64,000 nucleotides of DNA from contig OZ024743.1 of the NCBI GenBank assembly GCA_964016885.1, positions 132,494,001 through 132,558,000 on the forward strand, written 5' to 3'. Below the pieces are notes generated by a model. That model was not told where the DNA came from. It was given only the letters and a program-made list of their open reading frames with translations, and did not search any database. Within the stretch, counting starts at the first letter, position 1; every line of letters starts with the position of its first letter. Shown in pieces: positions 1 through 11,736 of this stretch. The stretch comes from Eledone cirrhosa. Lineage: Eukaryota. The position numbers were made by a program, and so were the translations under genes.

Positions 1-2289
1 TTGGTGCTTGGTGTTTGGTGTTTGGTGTTTGCTGTTTGGTGTTTGGTGTTTGGTGTTTGCTGTTTGGTGTCTGCTTTTTGGTGTTTGGTGTTGGCTGTAT
101 GTTATTTGCTGTTTGGTGTTTGGTGTTTGGTGTTTGGTGCTTGGTGCTTGGTGTTTGGTGTTTGGTGCTTGGTGCTTGGAGTTTGGTGTTTGGTGCTTGG
201 TGCTTGGTGTTTTGTGTTTGGTGTTTGGTTTTTGGTGCTTGGTGCTTGGTGCTTGTTGCTTGGTCCTTGGTGTTTGGTGCTTGGTGCTTGGTGTTTGTAC
301 TTGGTGCTTGGTGCTTGGTGTTTGGTTCTTGGTTCTTGGTGTTTGGTACTTGGTGCTTGGTGCTTGGTGCTTGGTGTTTGGTGTTTGGTGCTTGGTGTTT
401 GGTGCCTGGTGCTTGGTGCTTGGTGTTAGGTGTTTGGTGCTTGGTGCTTGGTGTTTGGTGCTTGGTGTTTGGTGTTTGCTGTTTGGTGTTTGGTGTTTGG
501 TGTTTGGTGTTTGCTGTTTGGTGTCTGCTTTTTGGTGTTTGGTGTTTGCTGTATGGTGTTTGCTGTTTCGTGTTTGGTGTTTGCTGTTTGGTGTTTGGTC
601 TTTGGTGCTTGGTGTTTGGTGCTTGGTGCTTGGTGTTTGGTGTTTGGTGCTTGGTGCTTGGTGCTTCGTGTTTGGTGTTTGGTGCTTGGTGTCTGGAGCT
701 TGGTGTTTGGTGTTTGGTGCTTGGTGTTTGGTGTTTGGTGCTTGGTGCTTGGTGTTTGGTGCTTGGTGCTTGGTGTTTGTACTTGGTGCTTGGTGCTTGG
801 TGTTTGGTGCTTGGTTCTTGGTGTTTGGTGCTTGGTGTTTGGTGTTTGGTGCTTGGTGCTTGGTGTTTGGTGCTTGGTTCTTGGTGTTTGGTGCTTGGTG
901 TTTGGTGCTTGGGGATTGGTGTTTGGTACTTGGTGCTTGGTGCTTGGTGTTTGGTGCTTGGTGCTTGGTGTTTGGTGTTTGGTGCTTGGTGCTTGGTATT
1001 TGGTGCTTGGTGCTTGGTGTTTGGTGTTTGGTGCTTGGTGCTTGGTGTTTGGTGCTTGGTGCTTGGTGCTTGTTGTTTGGTGATTGGTGCTTGGTGCTTG
1101 GTGTTTGGTGTTTGGTGCTTGGGGCTTGGTTTTTGGTGCTGCGTGCTTGGTGCTTGGTGCTTGGTGCTTGGTGCTTGGTGTTTGATGCTTGGTGTTTGAT
1201 GCTTTGTGTTTGGTGTTTGGTGTTTGGTGCTTGGTGTTTGGTGTTTGATGCTTGGTGCTTGATGCTTGGTGCTTGGTGCTTGGTGTTTGGTGCTTGGTGC
1301 TTGGTGTTTGGTGTTTGGTGCTTGGTGCTTGGTGTTTGGTGCTTGGTGCTTGGTGCTTGTTGTTTGACGATTGGTACTTGGTACTTGGTGTTTGGTGTTT
1401 GGTGCTTGGGGCTTGGTGTTTGGTGCTGCGTGCTTGGTGCTTGGTGCTTGGTGTTTTGTGTTTGGTGTTTGATGCTTGGTGCTTGGTGTTTGGTGTTTGG
1501 TGCTTGGTGTTTGGTGTTTGCTGTTTGCTGTTTGCTGTTTGCTGTTTGCTGTTTGGTGTTTGGTGTTTGGTGTTTGCTGTTTGGTGTTTGCTGTTTGGTG
1601 TTTGGTGCTTGCTGTTTGGTGCTTGGTGTTTGTTGCTTGGTGCTTGGTGTTTGGTGTTTGGTGTTTGGTGCTTGGTGCTTGGGGCTTGATTTGGTGCTTG
1701 GTGCTTGGTGCTTGGTGTTTGGTGTTTGGTGCTTGGTGTTTGGTGCTTGGTGCTTGGTGCTGGGTGTTTGGTGCTTGGTGTTTGGTGCATGGTGCTTGGT
1801 GCTTGTTGTTTGTCGCTTGTTGCTTGGTGCTTGGTGTTTGGTGCTTGGTGCTTGGTGTTTGGTGTTTGGTGCTTGGTGCTTGGTGTTTGGTGTTTGGTGC
1901 TTGGTGTTTGGTGTTTGGTGCTTGGTGCTTGGTGTTTGCTGCTTGGTACTTGGTGCATGGTGTTTGGTGCTTGGTGTTTGGTGCTTGGTGCTTGGTGTTT
2001 GGTGTTTGGTGTTTGATGCTTGGTGTTTTATGCTTGGTGCTTGGTGTTTGGTGCTTGGTGTTTGTACTTGGTGCTTGGTGCTTGGTGTTTTGTGCTTGGT
2101 TCTTGGTGTTTGGTGTTTGGTGCTTGGTACTTGGTGCTTGGTGTTAGGTGTTTGGTGCTTGGTGCTTGGTGTTTAGTGCTTGGTGCTTGGTGTTTGTTGT
2201 TTGGTGCTTTCTGCTTGCTGCTTGGTGTTTGCTGCTTGGTGCTTGGTGCTTGGTGTTTGGAGTTTGGTGCTAGGTGCTTGGTGTTTGGT

Positions 2290-2520
2290 GTTTGGTGTTT
2301 GATGCTTGGTGTTTGGTGCTTGGTGTTTGGTGCTTGGTGCTTGGGGCTTGGTGTTTGGTGCTTGGTGCTTGGTGCTTGGTGTTTGGTGCTTGGTGTTTGG
2401 TGTTTGGTGTTTGATGCTTGGTGTTTGGTGCTTGGTGTTTGGTGCTTGGTGCTTGGGGCTTGGTGTTTGGTGTTTGGTGCTTGGTGCTTGGTGTTTGGTG
2501 CTTGGTGCTTGGTGCTGGGT
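2290..2520 (+). repeat. 112-bp (16-heptamer) subrepeat, two copies here and three in the paralogous region ~14945-15290
   Basis: The TTGATGC...TTGGGGC motif recurs at 112-bp spacing; ORF starts at 2306/2418 and 14961/15073/15185. Confidence 0.75.
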
Positions 2521-4949
2521 GGTTGGTATTTGGTGCTTGGTGCTTGGTGTTTGGTGCTTGGTGCTTGGTGCTTGGTGTTTGGTGCTTGGTGCTTGGTGCT
2601 TGGTCTTTGGTGCTTGGTGTTTGGTGTTTGGTGCTTGGTGCTTTGTGTTTGGTGCTTGGTGATTAGTGTTTGGTGCTTGGTGCTTGGGGTTTGGTGTTTG
2701 GTGCTTGGTACTTGGTGTTTGGTGCTTGGTGTTTGGTGTTTGCTGTTTGGTGTTTGGTGTTTGGTGTTTGCTGTATGGTGTTTGCTGTTTCGTGTTTGGT
2801 GTTTGCTGTTTGGTGTTTGGTGTTTGCTGTTTGGTGTTTGGTCTTTGGTGCTTGGTGTTTGGTGCTTGGTGCTTGGTGTTTGGTGTTTGGTGCTTGGTGT
2901 TTGGTGTTTGGTGCTTGGTGCTTGGTGCTTGGTGTTTGGTGTTTGGTGTTTGGTGCTTGGTGTCTGGTGCTTGGTGTTTGGTGTTTGGTGTTTGGTGCTT
3001 GGTGTTTGGTGTTTGGTGTTTGGTGTTTGGTGCTTGTTGCTTGGTACTTGGTGCTTGGTGTTTGGTGCTTGGTGCTTGGTGCTTGGTGTTTGGTGTTTGG
3101 TGCTTGGTGCTTGGTGCTTGGTGTTTGGTGTTTGGTGCTTGGTGTTTGGTGCTTGGTGCTTGGTGTTTGGTGCTGGGTGCTTGGTGTTTGGTGCTTGGTG
3201 CTTGGTGCTTGGTGTTTGATGTTTGGTGCTTGGTGCTTGGTGTTTGGTGCTTGGTGCTTGGTGTTTGTACTTGGTGCTTGGTGCTTGGTTCTTGGTGTTT
3301 GGTGCTTGGTGCTTGGTGCTTGGTGCTTGGTGTTTGGTGCTTGGTGTTTGGTGCTTGGTGTTTGGTGCTTGGTGCCTGGTGCTTGGTGCTTGGTGTTTGG
3401 TGCTTGGTGTTTGGTGCTTGGTATTAGGTGTTTGGTGCTTGGTGCTTGGTGTTTGGTGTTTGGTGCTTGGTGTTTGGTGCTTGGTGCTTGGTGTTTGGTG
3501 TTTGGTGCTTGGTGTTTGGTGCTTGGTACTTGGTGCTTGGTGCTTGGTGTTAGGTGTTTGGTGCTTGGTGCTTGGTGTTTGGTTTTTGGTGCTTGGTGCT
3601 TGGTGTTTGGTGTTTGGTGCTTGCTGCTGGCTGCTTGGTGTTTGGTGCTTGGTGATTGGTGCTTGGTGTTTGGTGCTTGGTGTTTGGTGTTTGGTACTAG
3701 GTGGTTGGTGCTTGGTGTTTGGTGCTTGGTGCTTGGTGTTTGGTGTTTGGTGCTTGGTGCTTGGTGTTTGGTGCTTGGTGCTGGGTGCTGGGTGGTTGGT
3801 GTTTGGTGTTTGGTGTTTGGTGCTGGGTGCTTGGTGTTTGGTGCTTGGTGCTTGGTCTTTGGTCTTTGTGTTTGGTGTTTGGTGCTTGGTACTTGGTGCT
3901 TGGTGTTTGGTGCTTGGTGCTTGGTGTTTGGTGCTTGGTGCTTAGTGTTTGGTGCTAGGTGCTTGGGGTTTGGTGTTTGGTGCTTGGTGCTTGGTGTTTG
4001 GTGCTTGGTGCTTGGTGTTTGGTGTTTGGTGCTTGGTGCTTGGTGTTTGGTGTTTGGTGTTTGCTGTTTGCTGTTTGGTGTTTGGTGTTTGCTGTTTGGT
4101 GTCTGCTTTTTGGTGTTTGGTGTTGGCTGTATGTTATTTGCTGTTTGGTGTTTGGTGTTTGGTGTTTGGTGCTTGGTGCTTGGTGTTTGGTGTTTGGTGC
4201 TTGGTGCTTGGAGTTTGGTGTTTGGTGCTTGGTGCTTGGTGTTTTGTGTTTGGTGTTTGGTTTTTGGTGCTTGGTGCTTGGTGCTTGTTGCTTGGTCCTT
4301 GGTGTTTGGTGCTTGGTGCTTGGTGTTTGTACTTGGTGCTTGGTGCTTGGTGTTTGGTTCTTGGTTCTTGGTGTTTGGTACTTGGTGCTTGGTGCTTGGT
4401 GCTTGGTGTTTGGTGTTTGGTGCTTGGTGTTTGGTGCCTGGTGCTTGGTGCTTGGTGTTAGGTGTTTGGTGCTTGGTGCTTGGTGTTTGGTGCTTGGTGT
4501 TTGGTGTTTGCTGTTTGGTGTTTGGTGTTTGGTGTTTGGTGTTTGCTGTTTGGTGTCTGCTTTTTGGTGTTTGGTGTTTGCTGTATGGTGTTTGCTGTTT
4601 CGTGTTTGGTGTTTGCTGTTTGGTGTTTGGTGTTTGCTGTTTGGTGTTTGGTCTTTGGTGCTTGGTGTTTGGTGCTTGGTGCTTGGTGTTTGGTGTTTGG
4701 TGCTTGGTGCTTGGTGCTTCGTGTTTGGTGTTTGGTGCTTGATGTCTTGAGCTTGGTGTTTGGTGTTTGGTGCTTGGTGTTTTGTGTTTGGTGCTTGGTG
4801 CTTGGTGTTTGGTGCTTGGTGCTTGGTGTTTGTACTTGGTGCTTGGTGCTTGGTGTTTGGTGCTTGGTTCTTGGTGTTTGGTGCTTGGTGTTTGGTGCTT
4901 GGTGCTTGGTGTTTGGTGCTTGGTGCTTGGTGTTTGGTGTTTGGTGCTT

Positions 4950-7900
4950 GGTGCTTGGTGCTTGGTGTTTGATGTTTGGTGCTTGGTGCTTGGTGTTTGG
5001 TGTTTGGTTCTTGGTGCTTGGTATTTGGTGCTTGGTGCTTGCTGCTTGGTGTTTGGTGCTTGGTGATTGATGCTTGGTGTTTGATGCTTGGTGCTTGGTG
5101 TTTGGTTTTTGGTGCTAGGTGCTTGGTGCTTGGTGTTTGGTGCTTGGTGTTTGGTGTTTGCTGCTTGGTGCTTGGGGCTTGGTGTTTGGTACTTGGTGCT
5201 TGGTGCTTGGTGTTTGGTGCTTGGTGCTTGGTGTATGGTGTTTGGTGTTTGGTGCTTGGTGTTTGGTGTTTGGTGCTTGGTGCTTGGTGTTTGTTGCTTG
5301 GTACTTGGTTCATGGTGTTTGGTGCCGGGTGCTTGGTGTTTGGTGCTTGGTGCTTGGTGTTTGGTGTTTGGTGCTTGGTGTTTGGTGTTTGGTGCTTGGT
5401 GCTTGGTGTTTGTTTGCTTGGTACTTGGTGCATGGTGTTTGGTGCTGGGTGCTTGGTGTTTGGTGCTTGGTGTTTGGTGCTTGGTGCTTGGTGTTTGGTG
5501 TTTGGTGTTTGATGCTTGGTGTTTGATGCTTGGTGCTTGGTGCTTGGTGTTTGGTGCTTGGTGTTTGTACTTGGTGCTTGGTGTTTTGTGCTTGGTTCTT
5601 TGTGTTTGGTGTTTGGTGCTTGGTGCTTGGTGCTTGGTGTTAGGTGTTTGGTGCTTGGTGCTTGGTGTTTGGTGTTTGGTCCTTGGTGCTTGGTGTTTAG
5701 TGCTTGGTGCTTGGTGTTTGTTGTTTGGTGCTTTCTGCTTGCTGCTTGGCGTTTGGTGCTTGGTGCTTGGTGCTTGGTGTTTGGTGTTTGGTGCTAGGTG
5801 CTTGGTGTTTGGTGTTTGGTGTTTGATGCTTGGTTTTTGGTGCTTGGTGTTTGGTGTTTTGTGCTTGGTGCTTGGGGCTTGGTGTTTAGTGCTTGGTGCT
5901 TGGTGCTTGGTGTTTGGTGCTTGGTGCTTGGTGTTTGGTGTTTGGTGTTTGGTGCTTGGTGCTTGGTGTTTGGTGCTTGGTGCTTGGTGCTGGGTGGTTG
6001 GTATTTGGTGCTTGGTGCTTGGTGTTTGGTGCTTGGTGCTTGGTGCTTGGTGTTTGGTGCTTGGTGCTTGGTGCTTGGTCTTTGGTGCTTGGTGTTTGGT
6101 GCTTGGTGCTTGGTGCTTGGTGTTTGGTGCTTGGTGATTAGTGTTTGGTGCTTGGTGCTTGGGGTTTGGTGTTTGGTGCTTGGTACTTGGTGTTTGGTGC
6201 TTGGTGTTTGGTGTTTGCTGTTTGGTGTTTGGTGTTTGCTGTTTGCTGTTTGCTGTTTGCTTTTTGGTGTTTGGTGTTTGCTGTATGGTGTTTGCTGTTT
6301 GGTGTTTGGTGTTTGCTGTTTGGTGTTTGGTGTTTGCTGTTTGGTCTTTGGTGCTTGGTGTTTGGTGCTTGGTGCTTGGTGTTTGGTGTTTGGTGCTTGG
6401 TGCTTGGTGTTTGGTGTTTGTTGCTTGGTGCTTGGTGCTTGGTGTTTGGTGTTTGGTGTTTGGCGCTTGGTGTCTGGTGCTTGGTGTTTGGTGTTTGGTG
6501 TTTGGTGCTTGGTGTTTGGTGTTTGGTGTTTGGTGCCTGGTGTTTGGTGTTTGGTGTTTGGTGTTTGGTGCTTGTTGCTTGGTGCTTGGTGCTTGGGGTT
6601 TGGTTCTTGGTTCTTGGTGTTTGGTACTTGGTGCTTGGTGTTTGGTGCTGGGTGCTTGGTGTTTGGTGCTTGGTGCTTGGTGCTTGCTGTTTGGTGTTTG
6701 GTGCTTGGTGCTTGGTGTTTGGTGTTTGGTGTTATATGCTTGGTGTTTGATGCTTGGTGCTTGGTGCTTGGTATTTGGTGTTTGGTGCTTGGTGTTTGTA
6801 CTTGGTGCTTGGTTCTTGGTTCTTGGTGCTTGGTGCTTGGTGCTTGGTGCTTGGTGCTTGGTGCTTGGTGTTTGGTGCTTGGTGTTTGGTGCTTGGTGTT
6901 TGGTGCTTGGTGCCTGGTGCTTGGTGCTTGGTGCTTGGTGTTTGGTGCTTGGTGTTTGGTGCTTGGTGTTAGGTGTTTGGTGCTTGGTGCTTGGTGTTTG
7001 GTGTTTGGTGCTTGGTGTTTGGTGCTTGGTGCTTGGTGCTTGGTGTTTGATGTTTGGTGCTTGGTGCTTGGTGTTTGGTGTTTGGTTCTTGGTGCTTGGT
7101 ATTTGGTGCTTGGTGCTTGCTGCTTGGTGTTTGGTGCTTGGTGATTGATGCTTGGTGTTTGGTGCTGGGTGCTTGGTGTTTGGTGCTTGGTGCTTGGTGC
7201 TTGCTGTTTGGTGTTTGGTGCTTGGTGCTTGGTGTTTGGTGTTTGGTGTTATATGCTTGGTGTTTGATGCTTGGTGCTTGGTGCTTGGTATTTGGTGTTT
7301 GGTGCTTGGTGTTTGTACTTGGTGCTTGGTTCTTGGTTCTTGGTGCTTGGTGCTTGGTGCTTGGTGCTTGGTGCTTGGTGCTTGGTGTTTGGTGCTTGGT
7401 GTTTGGTGCTTGGTGTTTGGTGCTTGGTGCCTGGTGCTTGGTGCTTGGTGCTTGGTGTTTGGTGCTTGGTGTTTGGTGCTTGGTGTTAGGTGTTTGGTGC
7501 TTGGTGCTTGGTGTTTGGTGCTGGGTGCTTGGTGTTTGGTGCTTGGTGCTTGGTGCTTGGTGTTTGATGTTTGGTGCTTGGTGCTTGGTGTTTGGTGTTT
7601 GGTTCTTGGTGCTTGGTATTTGGTGCTTGGTGCTTGCTGCTTGGTGTTTGGTGCTTGGTGATTGATGCTTGGTGTTTGATGCTTGGTGCTTGGTGTTTGG
7701 TTTTTGGTGCTAGGTGCTTGGTGCTTGGTGTTTGGTGCTTGGTGTTTGGTGTTTGCTGCTTGGTGCTTGGGGCTTGGTGTTTGGTACTTGGTGCTTGGTG
7801 CTTGGTGTTTGGTGCTTGGTGCTTGGTGTATGGTGTTTGGTGTTTGGTGCTTGGTGTTTGGTGTTTGGTGCTTGGTGCTTGGTGTTTGTTGCTTGGTACT

Positions 7901-9630
7901 TGGTTCATGGTGTTTGGTGCCGGGTGCTTGGTGTTTGGTGCTTGGTGCTTGGTGTTTGGTGTTTGGTGCTTGGTGTTTGGTGTTTGGTGCTTGGTGCTTG
8001 GTGTTTGTTTGCTTGGTACTTGGTGCATGGTGTTTGGTGCTGGGTGCTTGGTGTTTGGTGCTTGGTGTTTGGTGCTTGGTGCTTGGTGTTTGGTGTTTGG
8101 TGTTTGATGCTTGGTGTTTGATGCTTGGTGCTTGGTGCTTGGTGTTTGGTGCTTGGTGTTTGTACTTGGTGCTTGGTGTTTTGTGCTTGGTTCTTTGTGT
8201 TTGGTGTTTGGTGCTTGGTGCTTGGTGCTTGGTGTTAGGTGTTTGGTGCTTGGTGCTTGGTGTTTGGTGTTTGGTCCTTGGTGCTTGGTGTTTAGTGCTT
8301 GGTGCTTGGTGTTTGTTGTTTGGTGCTTTCTGCTTGCTGCTTGGCGTTTGGTGCTTGGTGCTTGGTGCTTGGTGTTTGGTGTTTGGTGCTAGGTGCTTGG
8401 TGTTTGGTGTTTGGTGTTTGATGCTTGGTTTTTGGTGCTTGGTGTTTGGTGTTTTGTGCTTGGTGCTTGGGGCTTGGTGTTTAGTGCTTGGTGCTTGGTG
8501 CTTGGTGTTTGGTGCTTGGTGCTTGGTGTTTGGTGTTTGGTGTTTGGTGCTTGGTGCTTGGTGTTTGGTGCTTGGTGCTTGGTGCTGGGTGGTTGGTATT
8601 TGGTGCTTGGTGCTTGGTGTTTGGTGCTTGGTGCTTGGTGCTTGGTGTTTGGTGCTTGGTGCTTGGTGCTTGGTCTTTGGTGCTTGGTGTTTGGTGCTTG
8701 GTGCTTGGTGCTTGGTGTTTGGTGCTTGGTGATTAGTGTTTGGTGCTTGGTGCTTGGGGTTTGGTGTTTGGTGCTTGGTACTTGGTGTTTGGTGCTTGGT
8801 GTTTGGTGTTTGCTGTTTGGTGTTTGGTGTTTGCTGTTTGCTGTTTGCTGTTTGCTTTTTGGTGTTTGGTGTTTGCTGTATGGTGTTTGCTGTTTGGTGT
8901 TTGGTGTTTGCTGTTTGGTGTTTGGTGTTTGCTGTTTGGTCTTTGGTGCTTGGTGTTTGGTGCTTGGTGCTTGGTGTTTGGTGTTTGGTGCTTGGTGCTT
9001 GGTGTTTGGTGTTTGTTGCTTGGTGCTTGGTGCTTGGTGTTTGGTGTTTGGTGTTTGGCGCTTGGTGTCTGGTGCTTGGTGTTTGGTGTTTGGTGTTTGG
9101 TGCTTGGTGTTTGGTGTTTGGTGTTTGGTGCTTGGTGTTTGGTGTTTGGTGTTTGGTGTTTGGTGCTTGTTGCTTGGTGCTTGGTGCTTGGGGTTTGGTT
9201 CTTGGTTCTTGGTGTTTGGTACTTGGTGCTTGGTGTTTGGTGCTGGGTGCTTGGTGTTTGGTGCTTGGTGCTTGGTGCTTGCTGTTTGGTGTTTGGTGCT
9301 TGGTGCTTGGTGTTTGGTGTTTGGTGTTATATGCTTGGTGTTTGATGCTTGGTGCTTGGTGCTTGGTATTTGGTGTTTGGTGCTTGGTGTTTGTACTTGG
9401 TGCTTGGTTCTTGGTTCTTGGTGCTTGGTGCTTGGTGCTTGGTGCTTGGTGCTTGGTGCTTGGTGTTTGGTGCTTGGTGTTTGGTGCTTGGTGTTTGGTG
9501 CTTGGTGCCTGGTGCTTGGTGCTTGGTGCTTGGTGTTTGGTGCTTGGTGTTTGGTGCTTGGTGTTAGGTGTTTGGTGCTTGGTGCTTGGTGTTTGGTGTT
9601 TGGTGCTTGGTGTTTGGTGCTTGGTGCTTG
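4950..9630 (+). repeat. Tandem duplication of ~2078 bp, with total offset 2595 bp because of a nested 517-bp duplication
   Basis: ORF pairs 4976/7571, 5088/7683, 5798/8393 and 6754/9349 all differ by 2595, and 4976/7054 differ by 2078. Shared markers: TTGGTTCATGG, GCCGGGT and TTGTTTGC (5410/8005). Confidence 0.88.
6635..7675 (+). repeat. 517-bp tandem duplication spanning the junction of the 2078-bp duplication
   Basis: ORFs 6754/7271 and 7054/7571 are offset by 517; TTGTAC at 6796/7313; the GTTATATGC marker occurs twice. Confidence 0.85.
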
Positions 9631-11218
9631 GTGTTTGGTGTTTGGTGCTTGGTGTTTGGTGCTTGGTACTTGGTGCTTGGTGCTTGGTGTTAGGTGTTTG
9701 GTGCTTGGTGCTTGGTGTTTGGTTTTTGGTGCTTGGTGCTTGGTGTTTGGTGTTTGGTGCTTGCTGCTGGCTGCTTGGTGTTTGGTGCTTGGTGATTGGT
9801 GCTTGGTGTTTGGTGCTTGGTGTTTGGTGTTTGGTACTAGGTGCTTGGTGTTTGGTGTTTGGTGCTTGGTGCTTGGTGTTTGGTGTTTGGTGTTTGGTGC
9901 TTGGTGCTTGGTGCTTGGTGCTGGGTGGTTGGTGTTTGGTGCTTGGTGATTAGTGTTTGGTGCTAGGTGCTTGGGGTTTGGTGTTTGGTGCTTGGTGCTT
10001 GGTGTTTGGTGCTTGGTGCTTGGTGTTTGGTGCTTGCTGCTTGGTGTTTGCTGTTTGCTGTTTGCTGTTTGCTGTTTGTTGTTTGGTGTTTGTTGATTGG
10101 TGTTTGCTGTTTGGTGCTTGGTGCTTGGTCTTTGGTGCTTGGTGTTTGGTGTTTGGTGCTTGGTGCTTTGTGTTTGGTGCTTGGTGATTAGTGTTTGGTG
10201 CTTGGTGCTTGGGGTTTGGTGTTTGGTGCTTGGTACTTGTTGTTTGGTGCTTGGTGTTTGGTGTTTGCTGTTTGGTGTTTGGTGTTTGGTGTTTGCTGTA
10301 TGGTGTTTGCTGTTTCGTGTTTGGTGTTTGCTGTTTGGTGTTTGGTGTTTGCTGTTTGGTGTTTGGTATTTGGTGCTTGGTGTTTGTTGCTTGGTGCTTG
10401 GTGTTTGGTGTTTGGTGCTTGGTGTTTGGTGTTTGGTGCTTGGTGCTTGGTGCTTGGTGTTTGGTGTTTGGTGTTTGGTGCTTGGTGTCTGGTGCTTGGT
10501 GTTTGGTGTTTGGTGTTTGGTGCTTGGTGTCTGGTGTTTGGTGTTTGGTGTTTGGTGCTTGTTGCTTGGTACTTGGTGCTTGGTGTTTGGTGCTTGGTGC
10601 TTGGTGTTTGGTGCTGGGTGCTTGGTGTTTGGTGCTTGGTGCTTGGTGCTTGGTGTTTGGTGTTTGGTGCTTGGTGCTTGGTGCTTGGTGTTTGGTGTTT
10701 GGTGCTTGGTATTTTATGCTTGGTGTTTGATGTTTGGTGCTTGGTGCTTGGTGTTTGGTGCTTGGTGCTTGGTGTTTGTACTTGGTGCTTGGTGCTTGGT
10801 TCTTGGTGTTTGGTGCTTGGTGCTTGGTGCTTGGTGCTTGGTGTTTGGTGCTTGGTGTTTGGTGCTTGGTGTTTGGTGCTTGGTGCCTGGTGCTTGGTGC
10901 TTGGTGCTTGGTGTTTGGTGCTTGGTGTTTGGTGCTTGGTATTAGGTGTTTGGTGCTTGGTGCTTGGTGTTTGGTGTTTGGTGCTTGGTGTTTGGTGCTT
11001 GGTGCTTGGTGTTTGGTGTTTGGTGCTTGGTGTTTGGTGCTTGGTACTTGGTGCTTGGTGCTTGGTGTTAGGTGTTTGGTGCTTGGTGCTTGGTGTTTGG
11101 TTTTTGGTGCTTGGTGCTTGGTGTTTGGTGTTTGGTGCTTGCTGCTGGCTGCTTGGTGTTTGGTGCTTGGTGATTGGTGCTTGGTGTTTGGTGCTTGGTG
11201 TTTGGTGTTTGGTACTAG

Positions 11219-11736
11219 GTGCTTGGTGCTTGGTGTTTGGTGCTTGGTGCTTGGTGTTTGGTGTTTGGTGCTTGGTGCTTGGTGTTTGGTGCTTGGTGCT
11301 GGGTGCTGGGTGGTTGGTGTTTGGTGTTTGGTGTTTGGTGCTGGGTGCTTGGTGTTTGGTGCTTGGTGCTTGGTCTTTGGTGTTTGGTGTTTGGTGTTTG
11401 GTGCTTGGTCCTTGGTGCTTCGTGTTTGGTGCTTGGTGCTTGGTGTTTGGTGCTTGGTGCTTAGTGTTTGGTGCTAGGTGCTTGTGGTTTGGTGTTTGGT
11501 GCTTGGTGCTTGGTGTTTGGTGCTTGGTGCTTGGTGCTTGGTGTTTGGTGCTTGGTGCTGGGTGCTGGGTGGTTGGTGTTTGGTGTTTGGTGTTTGGTGC
11601 TGGGTGCTTGGTGTTTGGTGCTTGGTGCTTGGTCTTTGGTCTTTGGTGTTTGGTGTTTGGTGCTTGGTACTTGGTGCTTGGTGTTTGGTGCTTGGTGCTT
11701 GGTGTTTGGTGCTTGGTGCTTAGTGTTTGGTGCTAG
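11219..11736 (+). repeat. 259-bp (37-heptamer) imperfect tandem duplication
   Basis: ORF starts 11219/11478 and 11468/11727. The GCTGGGTGCTGGGTGG and TTAGTGTTTGGTGCTAGG markers are repeated. Confidence 0.75.

Noticed and set aside
2514-2522. Chi-like motif GCTGGGTGG, recurring in paralogous blocks
   Set aside because: It is not the E. coli Chi octamer GCTGGTGG and is explained by point variants of adjacent heptamers.
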